Part shown: positions 1-9,688 of the stretch, piece by piece | Layout of the letters: the number at the start of each line of letters is the position of its first letter | How positions within the stretch are numbered: the stretch's first letter is position 1 | From: an uncultured Poribacteria bacterium | Lineage (GTDB): Bacteria > Poribacteria > WGA-4E > WGA-3G | Length of the DNA stretch: 64,000 nt | Direction of reading: 5' to 3' | NCBI GenBank assembly: GCA_958296135.2 | Contig: CATQHZ020000001.1 | Span: 4,736,001-4,800,000, forward strand | Notes under the pieces: model-generated | What the model was told of the DNA's origin: nothing | Databases searched by the model: none | What the model saw: the letters and a program-made list of their open reading frames with translations, nothing else | Made by a program: the position numbers and the translations under genes

Positions 1-548
1 TTCATGCAATATTTGGTGAAGAAAACATCTGGCACGAAAACGAGCTGCGCGATATCTCGGAGATTGTGGATACCTATCCGCAGTTTGTGCTCCCCGCGTT
101 TGACTATCCGATGGCAGCAAAACTCGCGCTGCGGTTAGTGGATACACCCTGCACCTACTTAGTGTTTGAAGCACTGCGGAAAGAAAGAAAGGTGCTCGCT
201 GCCGCCGATGCACTCGGCGAGCACGGGCAGGCGGCGATTGGAAAATCGCTGCCACCGCTCGCAATCGGGACATCGCTCCTACCGCTTGAGAAGGAATATG
301 TAAACGCTTTATCCGAACTCGGCGTTCAATGGGTGACAGCAACCCGCATCGCCGAAGCCATCACTGAAGCAAACACAGCCACACGAACGACTGTGGAAAC
401 GGCGGTAATCAGCGCGGCTGTCATTGCAAACCTCAAACCAGATATCCAAGAACTGTTCTACATACCGCCTGCAGTTGTCACGCCACTCGCCCGTGAGCAC
501 GCGCAAAAAAAAGGAATTAAACTGATACCGAAACGCAAATCGGATTAA
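1..548 (+). CDS. Flavoprotein-like protein of the type found in bacterial microcompartment loci (5' truncated at window edge)
   Basis: Frame is open from position 3 (HAIFGEENIW...). Contains 'FVLP...AAKLALRLVDTP...EALRKERKV' (HFCD-like flavoprotein core) and a C-terminal 'VVTPLAREHAQKKGIKLI' motif typical of BMC-associated proteins. Confidence 0.5.
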   Translation, partial: HAIFGEENIWHENELRDISEIVDTYPQFVLPAFDYPMAAKLALRLVDTPCTYLVFEALRKERKVLAAADALGEHGQAAIGKSLPPLAIGTSLLPLEKEYVNALSELGVQWVTATRIAEAITEANTATRTTVETAVISAAVIANLKPDIQELFYIPPAVVTPLAREHAQKKGIKLIPKRKSD

Positions 549-551
549 TGC

Positions 552-580
552 TTGACATTTATCTCGGAAAGTTGTATAAT
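552..580 (+). promoter_or_regulatory. Consensus sigma70 promoter
   Basis: TTGACA(552-557)-17 bp-TATAAT(575-580), upstream of GGAGGAGG RBS and ATG 634. Confidence 0.85.
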
Positions 581-633
581 TGTTACCACAATACGCTTTT
601 GCAAGCAGAAAGCTTAACGGAGGAGGAATTCTC

Positions 634-2184
634 ATGAAGACCAGGGTTTTCACTTTGATGATAGCCGGACTGCTCGGGCTGTTACTCACAGCAGGGCTGT
701 CAACCCCTGCCGAGGCCGATTACGACTATTACGCCGACCGGCTCAGTCGCGAGCATCGCGTCGCCAACGAGGTTGACGAATGGATAGAGCGCGGCAGCGC
801 GACGATTAACGCCAGCCCACGCTTTGAAGATGGCATCCGGCTCACCGCCTGGGAAAATACCGCCCAAACCGCGGATGACTACGAATTCGCAATCGCCAGC
901 GCAGTCTACCTCTTTGAAATTCCGAGAGGCACACAGTCCATCGAAGTCTTGGTGCGATACCGGGGCGAACCGCATCAACTCGAAATTGAAGACTACGAGG
1001 AACCGATTGCCGGGCGCATCTGGATTCGCAATACCAAACGCGAACTGACAAGCAACGGCTACCACGACAAAAACGCTGAGGAAACACGCTACGGAGATAC
1101 CTTCGTACTACGCGCGAACAACCGCTCCGAACGCATCAAAATCCCAGCAGCAGGACACGTGAAAGACGGATGGATGGAACTCCATGTCGTCGCGGAAGGT
1201 GGCGAGCAGATTGATGTCGAATACATTGAGGTATCTACCTACCGGCGGCAGCCGAAGGTTCGCGTCATTCAACGCTACACGCCAACTTACCGGTGGCGCC
1301 CGTGGCATCGGTATACCTACCTCTATTTTTACGACGGACCCGTCTATTACGCGACGGACTCCGACTACTACTACCGATGGAGCTACCCCATCTATGACCG
1401 GCACTATCTTTCAATCCGGTCGCATTACGGGGGCTATCTCGGCCGCTATCGCACCTATTACCCGAGCTCCTACTACCGCTGCTATTCGCCCTATTATGCG
1501 AATTACGGCAGATACCGTGGGACTCCCAAGGTGTATCAACGACAGACGCAGTTGAATCGGTGGAGTAAGCAGCATGAGACAACGCGGCGGCAGTACACCC
1601 GCAGCCGCTTGTCGACTAACAAACGAACGGCGGAACGGGGCACGGCGCGACAAAATATTCGGACCGCGCTTGAAAACCACCGTCGACTGGCACCGGCTAC
1701 AACGAAGCGCGTCGCGCGTGAGTCCCTTATGTTGGAGAAACGGCGCGCAGTTGCATCCACGCAGGCACTGCAACGCAGCAAGGTAAGACACCGGAACTAC
1801 AGCGGCAATAGGACCCTCAGCAAGCAGCGGCGGAGTTACGGACAGCCTGGCGGGTCAACTACCTCAACGTTTGATGCAAACCGCTATCGACGTTCAACTT
1901 CTTCGCCAAACCGGTCGCTTTCGTCTAGCTCTAATTCTCGGAGTGATTTGCGCACGAAGCAGCGGCGTTCCACGAGGTATAGCGCGCCGCGCACGAAATC
2001 CAGCGTGAGCCGCTCCACTTCTAGTACGTCAAGCACCAAATCGCGCGTGAGTCGTTCGGCATCTTCAACGTCACGGTCCCGGCCGACGACATCAAGTTCG
2101 TCACGTACCAAATCGAGTAGTAGCAGCAGTGACGATGATGAACAGCGGAGCCGGACAACGCAGCGGACAAAACGGAGACGTTAA
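634..2184 (+). CDS. Secreted hypothetical protein with Tyr-rich segment and Arg/Ser-rich low-complexity tail
   Basis: RBS before ATG 634; Sec signal peptide (MKTRVFTLMIAGLLGLLLTAGLSTPAEA); globular N-half, then Y-rich and R/S/T-rich C-half. Confidence 0.8.
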   Translation: MKTRVFTLMIAGLLGLLLTAGLSTPAEADYDYYADRLSREHRVANEVDEWIERGSATINASPRFEDGIRLTAWENTAQTADDYEFAIASAVYLFEIPRGTQSIEVLVRYRGEPHQLEIEDYEEPIAGRIWIRNTKRELTSNGYHDKNAEETRYGDTFVLRANNRSERIKIPAAGHVKDGWMELHVVAEGGEQIDVEYIEVSTYRRQPKVRVIQRYTPTYRWRPWHRYTYLYFYDGPVYYATDSDYYYRWSYPIYDRHYLSIRSHYGGYLGRYRTYYPSSYYRCYSPYYANYGRYRGTPKVYQRQTQLNRWSKQHETTRRQYTRSRLSTNKRTAERGTARQNIRTALENHRRLAPATTKRVARESLMLEKRRAVASTQALQRSKVRHRNYSGNRTLSKQRRSYGQPGGSTTSTFDANRYRRSTSSPNRSLSSSSNSRSDLRTKQRRSTRYSAPRTKSSVSRSTSSTSSTKSRVSRSASSTSRSRPTTSSSSRTKSSSSSSDDDEQRSRTTQRTKRRR

Positions 2185-2254
2185 TTTTGGATTGGCACGA
2201 GGCGTTCGGTAAAATCGAACGCCTCGCGCCCATACAGAAAATCAGATATCAATC

Positions 2255-2842
2255 ATGCGGTTTTTGCTAATTATTTTGCTCATCCTGATAAGTCTCCCAA
2301 GCGGCTTCGCCGAAGAAACTGAGAACACGGCAGCCAGTCCCGCGCAAGAAAACGCGCCTACCGAGGAAAAGAAAAAGGCGGCGGCACCAGAAAAACTTAT
2401 TTCGCCTATCGGCGCGATGGTGCGTTCCGCCATTTTTCCGGGGTGGGGACAAATCTATAGCCGGAGTTACATCCGCAGCGGGCTGATTGTGCTAAGCATC
2501 GGCGGTTCAGCTGTCGGTGCCCTATTAGCCGAACGCTCCTTCCGGAGCCGGTATAACGCTTACGCGGCACTCGCGAACCTTGAACCCGACAACGAAGAAG
2601 GGGTTTTAGCTAGTTACGAGCATGCGAATCAGCGATACAAACTCAGGATGTTTTTTCTCTACACCGGTGTCGGGATTTGGCTTTACAGCGTCATCGATTC
2701 TTATGTGAGCGCGAATTTTTACAACGCGACAACGCAAATCCGTTCCATCCAGCAAGACGCAGACCAGATCGAAAACAAATTGGGAATTCAAGTCGGTGCC
2801 ACTCCATCACACCTCTATCTCGGCATCGTCAAAACTTTTTAA
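2255..2842 (+). CDS. DUF5683-like membrane protein
   Basis: Signal peptide, 'SAIFPGWGQIY' motif, hydrophobic helices, C-terminal Phe. Confidence 0.65.
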   Translation: MRFLLIILLILISLPSGFAEETENTAASPAQENAPTEEKKKAAAPEKLISPIGAMVRSAIFPGWGQIYSRSYIRSGLIVLSIGGSAVGALLAERSFRSRYNAYAALANLEPDNEEGVLASYEHANQRYKLRMFFLYTGVGIWLYSVIDSYVSANFYNATTQIRSIQQDADQIENKLGIQVGATPSHLYLGIVKTF

Positions 2843-2946
2843 TATCGCTCAGCATTGTACGGTTTCTGACGCAATGAGGGCTGCTTCTAGCAAACTTTCG
2901 TCAGAGACTTTCAATGCAGCGTAGGACAAAGAGAGGACATTTTATT

Positions 2947-3537
2947 ATGTTCAGGACTTTCACAACCTTGCAAAATACGTTTGCAAGCGGCATCCTGATG
3001 AGCGGCGTATTCTTCTTGCTCATCAGTCTTATTGGATGCGGGGATGTTGAAAAGGTGAATCAGGTCCCGCCTGAAGAACTCCTCGCCATTAACGCAGTCT
3101 TAAAACAGTGGCGCGAAGGATACGAATTGGAAGATGTTGATACCTACATCAAGGCTTTTTGGGCCGAAGGCTTCCTTTACGTCTCCGACATGGGCACCGA
3201 TGGCGACAAAACCGATGACCTGGAATTTGACGACATTCGCGATGAACGCGAGTCCGCCGCGCACGTCTTTTCACAATTTCAGGATATTGAGATAGAGCTC
3301 TCTGTCCCACCGGAGATAGAGCTCAATAAGGAAAGCAACCGTGCGGAAGTGCGGAATCACTACCGCATCCAAGGGTTCGTCGCCGATGGCGAATCGCTTG
3401 AGGGTGGGTACACCGGTTGGTTCGCCGAGGGAGATAATCTCTTTATCTTTGAGAAGCGCAACAACGAATGGCGCATCGCTGAGTGGCATGACGAAGCCTT
3501 CAACGACGAAGAAATTCGCATCGCCAACAATCTATAG
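2947..3537 (+). CDS. Lipoprotein, NTF2/SnoaL-like fold
   Basis: Lipobox LIGC; 'INAVLKQWREGYELEDVDTY...' and 'FIFEKRNNEWRIAEW' resemble NTF2-like proteins; start chosen by AGAGGA RBS. Confidence 0.65.
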   Translation: MFRTFTTLQNTFASGILMSGVFFLLISLIGCGDVEKVNQVPPEELLAINAVLKQWREGYELEDVDTYIKAFWAEGFLYVSDMGTDGDKTDDLEFDDIRDERESAAHVFSQFQDIEIELSVPPEIELNKESNRAEVRNHYRIQGFVADGESLEGGYTGWFAEGDNLFIFEKRNNEWRIAEWHDEAFNDEEIRIANNL

Positions 3538-3695
3538 TGCCCAAGATTCTATCCATCTCGGTAGGCGCGCTTTGATGAAGTTTTCAGCGGATTTCTATAG
3601 CCGGCGGGCACTAACCTCCGAGGGTTTCCCTCCCCCCCGGTCAAAATGAACTGATTCATTTCTTAATCCTCATGAAAGCGCGCCCACATTCACAG

Positions 3696-3764
3696 CGCGG
3701 TTTGAAACCGCGCCTACCGGGTGCTGTGTCTGTGCTGTGTCTGTGCTGTGTCTGTGCTGTGTCT
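3696..3764. repeat. REP-like hairpin followed by an 11-bp tandem repeat x4
   Basis: GCGCGGTTTGAAACCGCGC-CTACCGG, then (GTGCTGTGTCT)x4 at 3721-3764. Confidence 0.85.
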
Positions 3765-3817
3765 GTCAGGCCGATAATTTTCTAAAGTCAAGGCATTTTT
3801 TGCCACTCATCACACTC

Positions 3818-5233
3818 ATGCCGCAAAGCGAAGAGCATCTCCGCAACTACCTTCACCTCATACGTAAGCACGACTTCACCCTCTGCTTGAGCGTTCTGCT
3901 CGTGTTAGGCACCGCCCTGGTCATCTCCCTCCGTATGCCGAAGACTTACGCCGCTTCCACCTTAATGCAACTCGTTCAACCGAGTGCCACGCCATCTCTC
4001 TCATCGACGAACCTGTTCCAAAGTGTCTTGTCCGGCGGCGGGGATAGGCGCGCGATGGAAACGCTTAGTAGCCGCTTCACCACAGAATCCATGCTGAACA
4101 CGGCGATGGAAAATCTGGAGGACACGCGGCACATACAAGCGGTAGCCTTTCTGCCATCCATCGGTAAACTCAAACGGGTGCTGACAGCGCAAGTGCAGCC
4201 CGATTCCGACTACATCGTGCTGTCCTTGGAATTGACAGAAGCGGAAGGCGGCGAACGGAACGCCGCCCTACTCATCAACCAACTCGTGGCAGATATGCAG
4301 GTACTGCGAAGTGTCGATGAAAAGACGAAACTCGCCGAACGCCGCCGATTCCTCAAGGAAAAGCAGACGGACATTGATGTCGAAACGAATCAATCCCTCA
4401 ACGCCATCCTTCAATTCGTCCGCGAAAATGGGAGCCCCGAAATATGGGCCCCGATGCTCACCAATCTGCTGGAACGGCGCGCCAGTTTGATAACACAACT
4501 GGCAGCGACGCGGCAGAACCTCGATGCAACGCGTTCCCATATCGCGTATTTAGAGAAACAACTTCGTCTGCTGCCCGAACAGACGCAGCTTTCTGAAACT
4601 ACCACGCACAACCCTGTCTGGCTATTTCAGCAGGAGAAACTCTTCACGCTCAAATCGCAGCGCGTAGCGGATGCGGAAAAAGTCGGAAAGGATGTATCAG
4701 AGTTGAAGGGACTGGACGCGCAGATTACTGAAGCTGAAAGGGAAGCCGAACGCACCGCGCCAACGACAACCACGGTCACCGCCGGCACCTCTCCGTCCTA
4801 TACCTACATCCAAAATCAGTTATTGGCACTCACACCAGCACTTGCGCGATATGAAAACGCGCAGAAACAATTGCACGAGCAACTCCAACACCTAGGCACC
4901 GAATTGGAACAACTCATCGCGCAGATGCCAGAGAACCAGTATCTTCTGACGCAGCTGCTGGCGCGGGTTCAGAAAACCAACGCGCTGACAGAAGAAATTG
5001 CGAAACGCGCATTGGAAGCGGAAATTTTAAGTGCCGAGTCCACCGTGACTACTTCCCGAAATCGGTTAGGCGGAATTGAAATCATCGACCGGGCTGTCCC
5101 TCGGAAAATACCGGTCAGCCCGCAACTCAAGCTTATCGTCATCATCGCTGGCGTTGTCGGTTTGACTGTGGGAGTTAGCATCGCGTTGTACACCGAGTAT
5201 TTTAGCCGCGCTTCTGAGCAGCACACCCCGTAG
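3818..5233 (+). CDS. Wzz/GumC-like polysaccharide chain-length determinant (no kinase domain)
   Basis: N-terminal TM plus 'PKTYAAST', long coiled coil, C-terminal 'IIDRAVPRKIPVSPQ' plus TM; the ORF-track start at 3737 lies in the tandem repeat. Confidence 0.8.
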   Translation: MPQSEEHLRNYLHLIRKHDFTLCLSVLLVLGTALVISLRMPKTYAASTLMQLVQPSATPSLSSTNLFQSVLSGGGDRRAMETLSSRFTTESMLNTAMENLEDTRHIQAVAFLPSIGKLKRVLTAQVQPDSDYIVLSLELTEAEGGERNAALLINQLVADMQVLRSVDEKTKLAERRRFLKEKQTDIDVETNQSLNAILQFVRENGSPEIWAPMLTNLLERRASLITQLAATRQNLDATRSHIAYLEKQLRLLPEQTQLSETTTHNPVWLFQQEKLFTLKSQRVADAEKVGKDVSELKGLDAQITEAEREAERTAPTTTTVTAGTSPSYTYIQNQLLALTPALARYENAQKQLHEQLQHLGTELEQLIAQMPENQYLLTQLLARVQKTNALTEEIAKRALEAEILSAESTVTTSRNRLGGIEIIDRAVPRKIPVSPQLKLIVIIAGVVGLTVGVSIALYTEYFSRASEQHTP

Positions 5234-5409
5234 GCGCGCTTGCCACGCGCGCACGCAGGCCGAGGCGCAGTTAAAAACCGCAACTACCGGTATGCGGTGA
5301 AAGCGCAGACGCGCGTCGCGGAACTGCTAGAGGATTTCTCGATTCACCCTTACAGTCCGGTGAGGAAAAAACAAGCACGAAACCGTTTTAAAATTTTGCA
5401 ATAAAAATG

Positions 5410-5788
5410 TGGACATTTTTTTGCAAATTGCGTATAATCTCTCTGATAATGATTGGTACGCGAAAATGCCACAAACTCGAGCCAATCGTTGTTGAAAACC
5501 CATGCATGCGCCAGGACCCTTTAGTTGTCCCGTTTCTGTCGTTTGCGAACGCCGCATCGCAAACAGGACAGGCTCAGGCGAACCGGTTCCCCTACAAGGA
5601 GGGGCCGTTGTTGATTTTTACGAATGCCATCAAAAACGGAAAACTAAATCGTTCTAGTTCACGCGCGGAATACGCTTGAAAATATATTGCATTTATGGTA
5701 TCATGTGACAAAATCATATCACATGAAGATGCTGATCCTTTTTTTCTGAAAAAAAACGTTGACAGAAAAATGGGATTCGTGCTATTTT
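5410..5788 (+). promoter_or_regulatory. Three tandem sigma70-like promoters and an operator-like inverted repeat upstream of the giant envelope gene
   Basis: TGGACA-17-TATAAT (5410-5438); TTGAAA-17-TATCAT with TG (5676-5704); TTGACA-18-TATTTT with TG (5759-5788); TCATGTGA-N10-TCACATGA (5701-5726). Confidence 0.6.
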
Positions 5789-6109
5789 AACGTTAAATAC
5801 AGTTTTGTGGAAATCTTATCAATTTTTTGATGCGAATTTCTCTCAAAACGAACCCTTAACGCATTGGCGGGAGACTGATGCCCTGCGTCCGCGCGGCATT
5901 CAAGCGTTTGCGATACCTGCAGTGCCAGCGAAACGCAGCGGCACCTTATGCTTACAAACGAAAAACAGACGGTTTTCGTTTACACGCTCAGTCAGTTTCT
6001 CCAACGTTTAAGGTTTTTTGTCGGAGTCGGAGCCGAGGCGACCGCGGCGCATCGAACTGTTGGCCGCCTAGATCCGACTCAACTATTCCCAAGGAGGAAA
6101 AACAAACTA

Positions 6110-9100
6110 ATGAACGAGTTAAGACAATCATTTGATGTTTTGCTTGTAGTGACTTGCATCCTGAGTGCGTTCGCGCTTTATGGTTGTGGCGCGCAAAGCC
6201 TCGGACCGCAAGAACCCCTGTTACCCACGATTGAGGGTGGCTCCAAATTCTCCGCCCGATTCCAATTGGAAGAAGAACCACAATTCTTCTATGACCTGTT
6301 TGGTAAGGAGCTGCTCGAGGGTAACGAAGTCTATAACTATCGCGAGCAAAAAGGGTTCAACCAGAACGGCGAATTGATTGTGGGTTGGACCGGACAGCTC
6401 GATAGTGAAAGATTCTCAGCGCAGCTTGACCGGACTGTCTTGACAGAAGACAGCTTCCGCGGACGATACACCGAGTTTGCTATCGGCGATGACATGCGCT
6501 TCAAACCCGCAACGTTGTTCCCGAACCGCTACATTCTCTATAAAACAGAGTTTGATGGGTTCCGCTGGGATATCTCCTTCGCGCAGGAACGGCACCTCTT
6601 TACGCTTATCAACTCGCGTATCTCGAACCCTGTCAAATTGACAGACGCAGCGGCGAACCTTGCACCGACGCTCGGCCGCCGAAACGGGTTAAACGAGGAT
6701 GCTGGGGTACGGCACATTGAAAACGCGCGACTCATCGGATTCCGCGCACAGGGCCTCTTAGGCGACATCTTCCGCGTCGGATTTACTTACGTCAATCTGC
6801 ACAAGGAACACCCCGAACGCGTGGAAAACCCACTCATGGGAACCGTTGCAAACACGCCGCCTGAAGTCATCTCTGTCGTCTTCCGCGATGATTCACCCGA
6901 AGACAATCACGGAGTCGTCACCCAATTCTCCGGGTATGACGAAAACAAACATGGACAGAACATCCAGGGAGGTGTCGGCGCAGCATTTAAATCCATGACA
7001 GTGACCGTGATCACGCAGGAATTGGAAGACCTCACGCCTGACGAAATCGCAGAAGGCGTTGAACCGGATATCAACCCGGAACAAACGCAGAAAATTGAGG
7101 TGTTTGTCAACGACATTACACCCATTGATGTCGGAGGGCTCCCCTCCGAAGTACGCGATTCTGTTGACGGAGAATGGAAAATCGTCGATGGGTTCAATAA
7201 AATGAAATATGACCTCATTTTTGCAGACCACGACATTGAACCGCGCACCGTCAAATCCGTTGTCTTTGATCTCGTGGTAGCCGGCGATTACAACATCGCT
7301 GTCATTGGCATCAGTGATGCCAACAAAGCCGCCGAAGGCGCAGATCCACTCGTAGAAGAATGGATTAAAACCGAAGACGGCCACATTCAAATGCCCTACC
7401 GCGATGTCATTGAGGCACCCGGCAACTATGGACAATCCTCGGATTACTCTAGCAACCGGTCAAGCCTCGTTGACAATCCTAGCGAGTGGGAAGGCGAAGG
7501 CAGACCGCGCAAAATCCGATATCGCTACGGGGCCGCACGCGCCGCACTCCTCTACGGGCTCGACCTGGAAGGAACAATCGGCAACGTCTTCGTCCGGGCA
7601 CACTACTCCATTAACGGGAAATACAAACAGTATCCCACGCTGCCCAAAGACAAAGTCGGGTTCAGCCGACTCACCCCTACTATTGTCAGTGAAGATGGGG
7701 AAGAGGAAGAGACAGGTATCTCCGTAGACCCGGCCACCGGACTGCCTCTAGACCGGAACGGCATACCTACCTACTCTGAAACCGAAGGGGAACGCTTTGA
7801 GGCAAGACTCGGCGGCGACGGAACTGATGAAGGCGGCGACGGCGAAATGGGACGCGAGACCGCATGGTTCGTCCAACTCAAATCCCGATTCGGGAAACTC
7901 TACTTAGAAGGTGTCTGGTATCACATCGATCCCGGCTACACCACAACTTATCTCAACTTCGGTTCTAATACCGACAGAGACCAGACTTACTCGCTGGAAC
8001 GAACACCAGAATCGCAGTCTGAAACAGACCCCTGGGACGAAGTCAATTACGCACTCATCGAAGATGACGATGATGACGATGACTGGCCCGACGACATCGA
8101 CTTTGATGGAGTCCTCCCGCGGGCCGATGACAGAGACCAGAACGGCGTTCTCGACTTCCAAGAAGACTTCCTCATCTTTGACGCAGATCCGCCCGTGTTC
8201 ACCGACCTCGTCGACCTGAACAACAACGGCACCATCGACTCGCTCGAAGATGACTTTGAACCGCAATACGAATACGGCGTTGACCGGGATGGCTATCACC
8301 TCATCGCAGAATATGACCTGCTGGATAACCTCTCCCTCAAAGTCGGGTGGTTGAATGAAAGCGAAGTCTCTAGCCGCCGGAAAAACGATTCCAAATACCT
8401 GCACGTCACCTATCAACGTGACATTCCTGACTTTGGAACCGTGCTCTTCCAAAACCGGTTCGTCCGAGTCCGAGACGACATTCCTGATTACACCATCACG
8501 CTACGTGTCGGTGAATTGGAACCAGTCCAAATCTCTGATGAGTTGGATTACTACAACGCACGTGTCAATACGACAACGCTGCAGTTCCTCTACACGGCGG
8601 TTCCGAACTTGACCCTCGAAGCGAAATTCCTCGTTGTCCTGCAAAAGCAGTACGAACAAGACGTGGAAAACGCAATCTTCTTGGACGTTGAGTATGACCC
8701 GCAGACAGAGAACTTTGAGGCAGACGAACGCGTTGACTTCATGGTGCCTGTCGAACAAGTGCGCGCCTCTGGCGAAAAACGGGAATTCCCGTTCTATCCA
8801 GACCACGGGATTAACGCGCTGGATCCGGAAGACCCGGGCCTCATCTACGACTCGGAAAACTGGAAGTCACGTCGCTACCCCGAACGGAACATTCGCAATC
8901 AGCAGACCATTCTGAAAGCGAGATACGAAATTCCGCTCGGAGATCTGCCCTTCATTGATAGAATCGGTGAAGATCTGACACTCACCCCGATGGTAAAATA
9001 CATCTGGGATCGGGCTTTTGATAGAGGGGCCGAAGAGATTCCCGACGCACTCAACCCGCGTTTGTTCGTGCCAACTGACGAAGAACCCGTTGAATACTTG

Positions 9101-9436
9101 CGTTTCAACCGTCGAAGCCGTGAAGACGTGCTCGGCGTGCGGCTCGATTATCAGTTCACGCAACGCATGAACATTCTCGGCGGCTTCCAATACCGGAAGT
9201 TCACCAACCGGGATAACAACTTCAAGGACTACTTGACAAACTTCCCGGAAGATGAAGACGCCCCGGTCCTCTTCCGGCCAGACCTGCGGACGCGAATCTT
9301 TGAAGTCCAAGCTATCAACCGGGGTGAATGGCTTGGGTTTAACATTGTTATCCTCGCAGGTTACCGCCGAACCACCATCCTGCTCGAACACACGACGAGT
9401 AACACGACGTTCGTTCGAGCGATGATGGGTTTCTAA
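6110..9436 (+). CDS. Giant acidic lipoprotein / putative outer-membrane beta-barrel protein with Ca-binding Asp repeats
   Basis: AAGGAGG RBS before ATG 6110; lipobox 'ALYGC'; alternating amphipathic strands; DxDxDG/TSP3-like repeats (DDDDDDDWPDDIDFDG, DRDQNGVLD, DLNNNGTID); ends in Phe. Confidence 0.7.
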   Translation: MNELRQSFDVLLVVTCILSAFALYGCGAQSLGPQEPLLPTIEGGSKFSARFQLEEEPQFFYDLFGKELLEGNEVYNYREQKGFNQNGELIVGWTGQLDSERFSAQLDRTVLTEDSFRGRYTEFAIGDDMRFKPATLFPNRYILYKTEFDGFRWDISFAQERHLFTLINSRISNPVKLTDAAANLAPTLGRRNGLNEDAGVRHIENARLIGFRAQGLLGDIFRVGFTYVNLHKEHPERVENPLMGTVANTPPEVISVVFRDDSPEDNHGVVTQFSGYDENKHGQNIQGGVGAAFKSMTVTVITQELEDLTPDEIAEGVEPDINPEQTQKIEVFVNDITPIDVGGLPSEVRDSVDGEWKIVDGFNKMKYDLIFADHDIEPRTVKSVVFDLVVAGDYNIAVIGISDANKAAEGADPLVEEWIKTEDGHIQMPYRDVIEAPGNYGQSSDYSSNRSSLVDNPSEWEGEGRPRKIRYRYGAARAALLYGLDLEGTIGNVFVRAHYSINGKYKQYPTLPKDKVGFSRLTPTIVSEDGEEEETGISVDPATGLPLDRNGIPTYSETEGERFEARLGGDGTDEGGDGEMGRETAWFVQLKSRFGKLYLEGVWYHIDPGYTTTYLNFGSNTDRDQTYSLERTPESQSETDPWDEVNYALIEDDDDDDDWPDDIDFDGVLPRADDRDQNGVLDFQEDFLIFDADPPVFTDLVDLNNNGTIDSLEDDFEPQYEYGVDRDGYHLIAEYDLLDNLSLKVGWLNESEVSSRRKNDSKYLHVTYQRDIPDFGTVLFQNRFVRVRDDIPDYTITLRVGELEPVQISDELDYYNARVNTTTLQFLYTAVPNLTLEAKFLVVLQKQYEQDVENAIFLDVEYDPQTENFEADERVDFMVPVEQVRASGEKREFPFYPDHGINALDPEDPGLIYDSENWKSRRYPERNIRNQQTILKARYEIPLGDLPFIDRIGEDLTLTPMVKYIWDRAFDRGAEEIPDALNPRLFVPTDEEPVEYLRFNRRSREDVLGVRLDYQFTQRMNILGGFQYRKFTNRDNNFKDYLTNFPEDEDAPVLFRPDLRTRIFEVQAINRGEWLGFNIVILAGYRRTTILLEHTTSNTTFVRAMMGF

Positions 9437-9450
9437 ATGGTTTGTGGAGT

Positions 9451-9477
9451 GCTGGGCACGAATGCTTCGTGCCCAGC
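9451..9477 (+). terminator. GC-rich hairpin after the giant gene
   Basis: GCTGGGCACGAA-tgc-TTCGTGCCCAGC perfect stem; weak, offset U-tract. Confidence 0.45.
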
Positions 9478-9688
9478 TCATCCGCTTTTTCGCAAATAAA
9501 CGCGTAACTTCTTAACGACTTAGGTGTTTTAAGACGTGAGAAGGCATCTCATAGATAGGAGAACGCTCCTACCGGTAATGATGAGATAGGTTATAGAGAC
9601 TTGAGGGCAACATCGTGGGCAAAGTTAAGGCGCACGGCGCGCTGTTGGAGCCCCGCCCTCAAGTTACCCAAAGGAGGAAACAGAACGA

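Noticed and set aside
5701-5726. Canonical CRP/FNR site
   Set aside because: Half-site spacing is 10 bp, not 6; kept only as a generic operator candidate.
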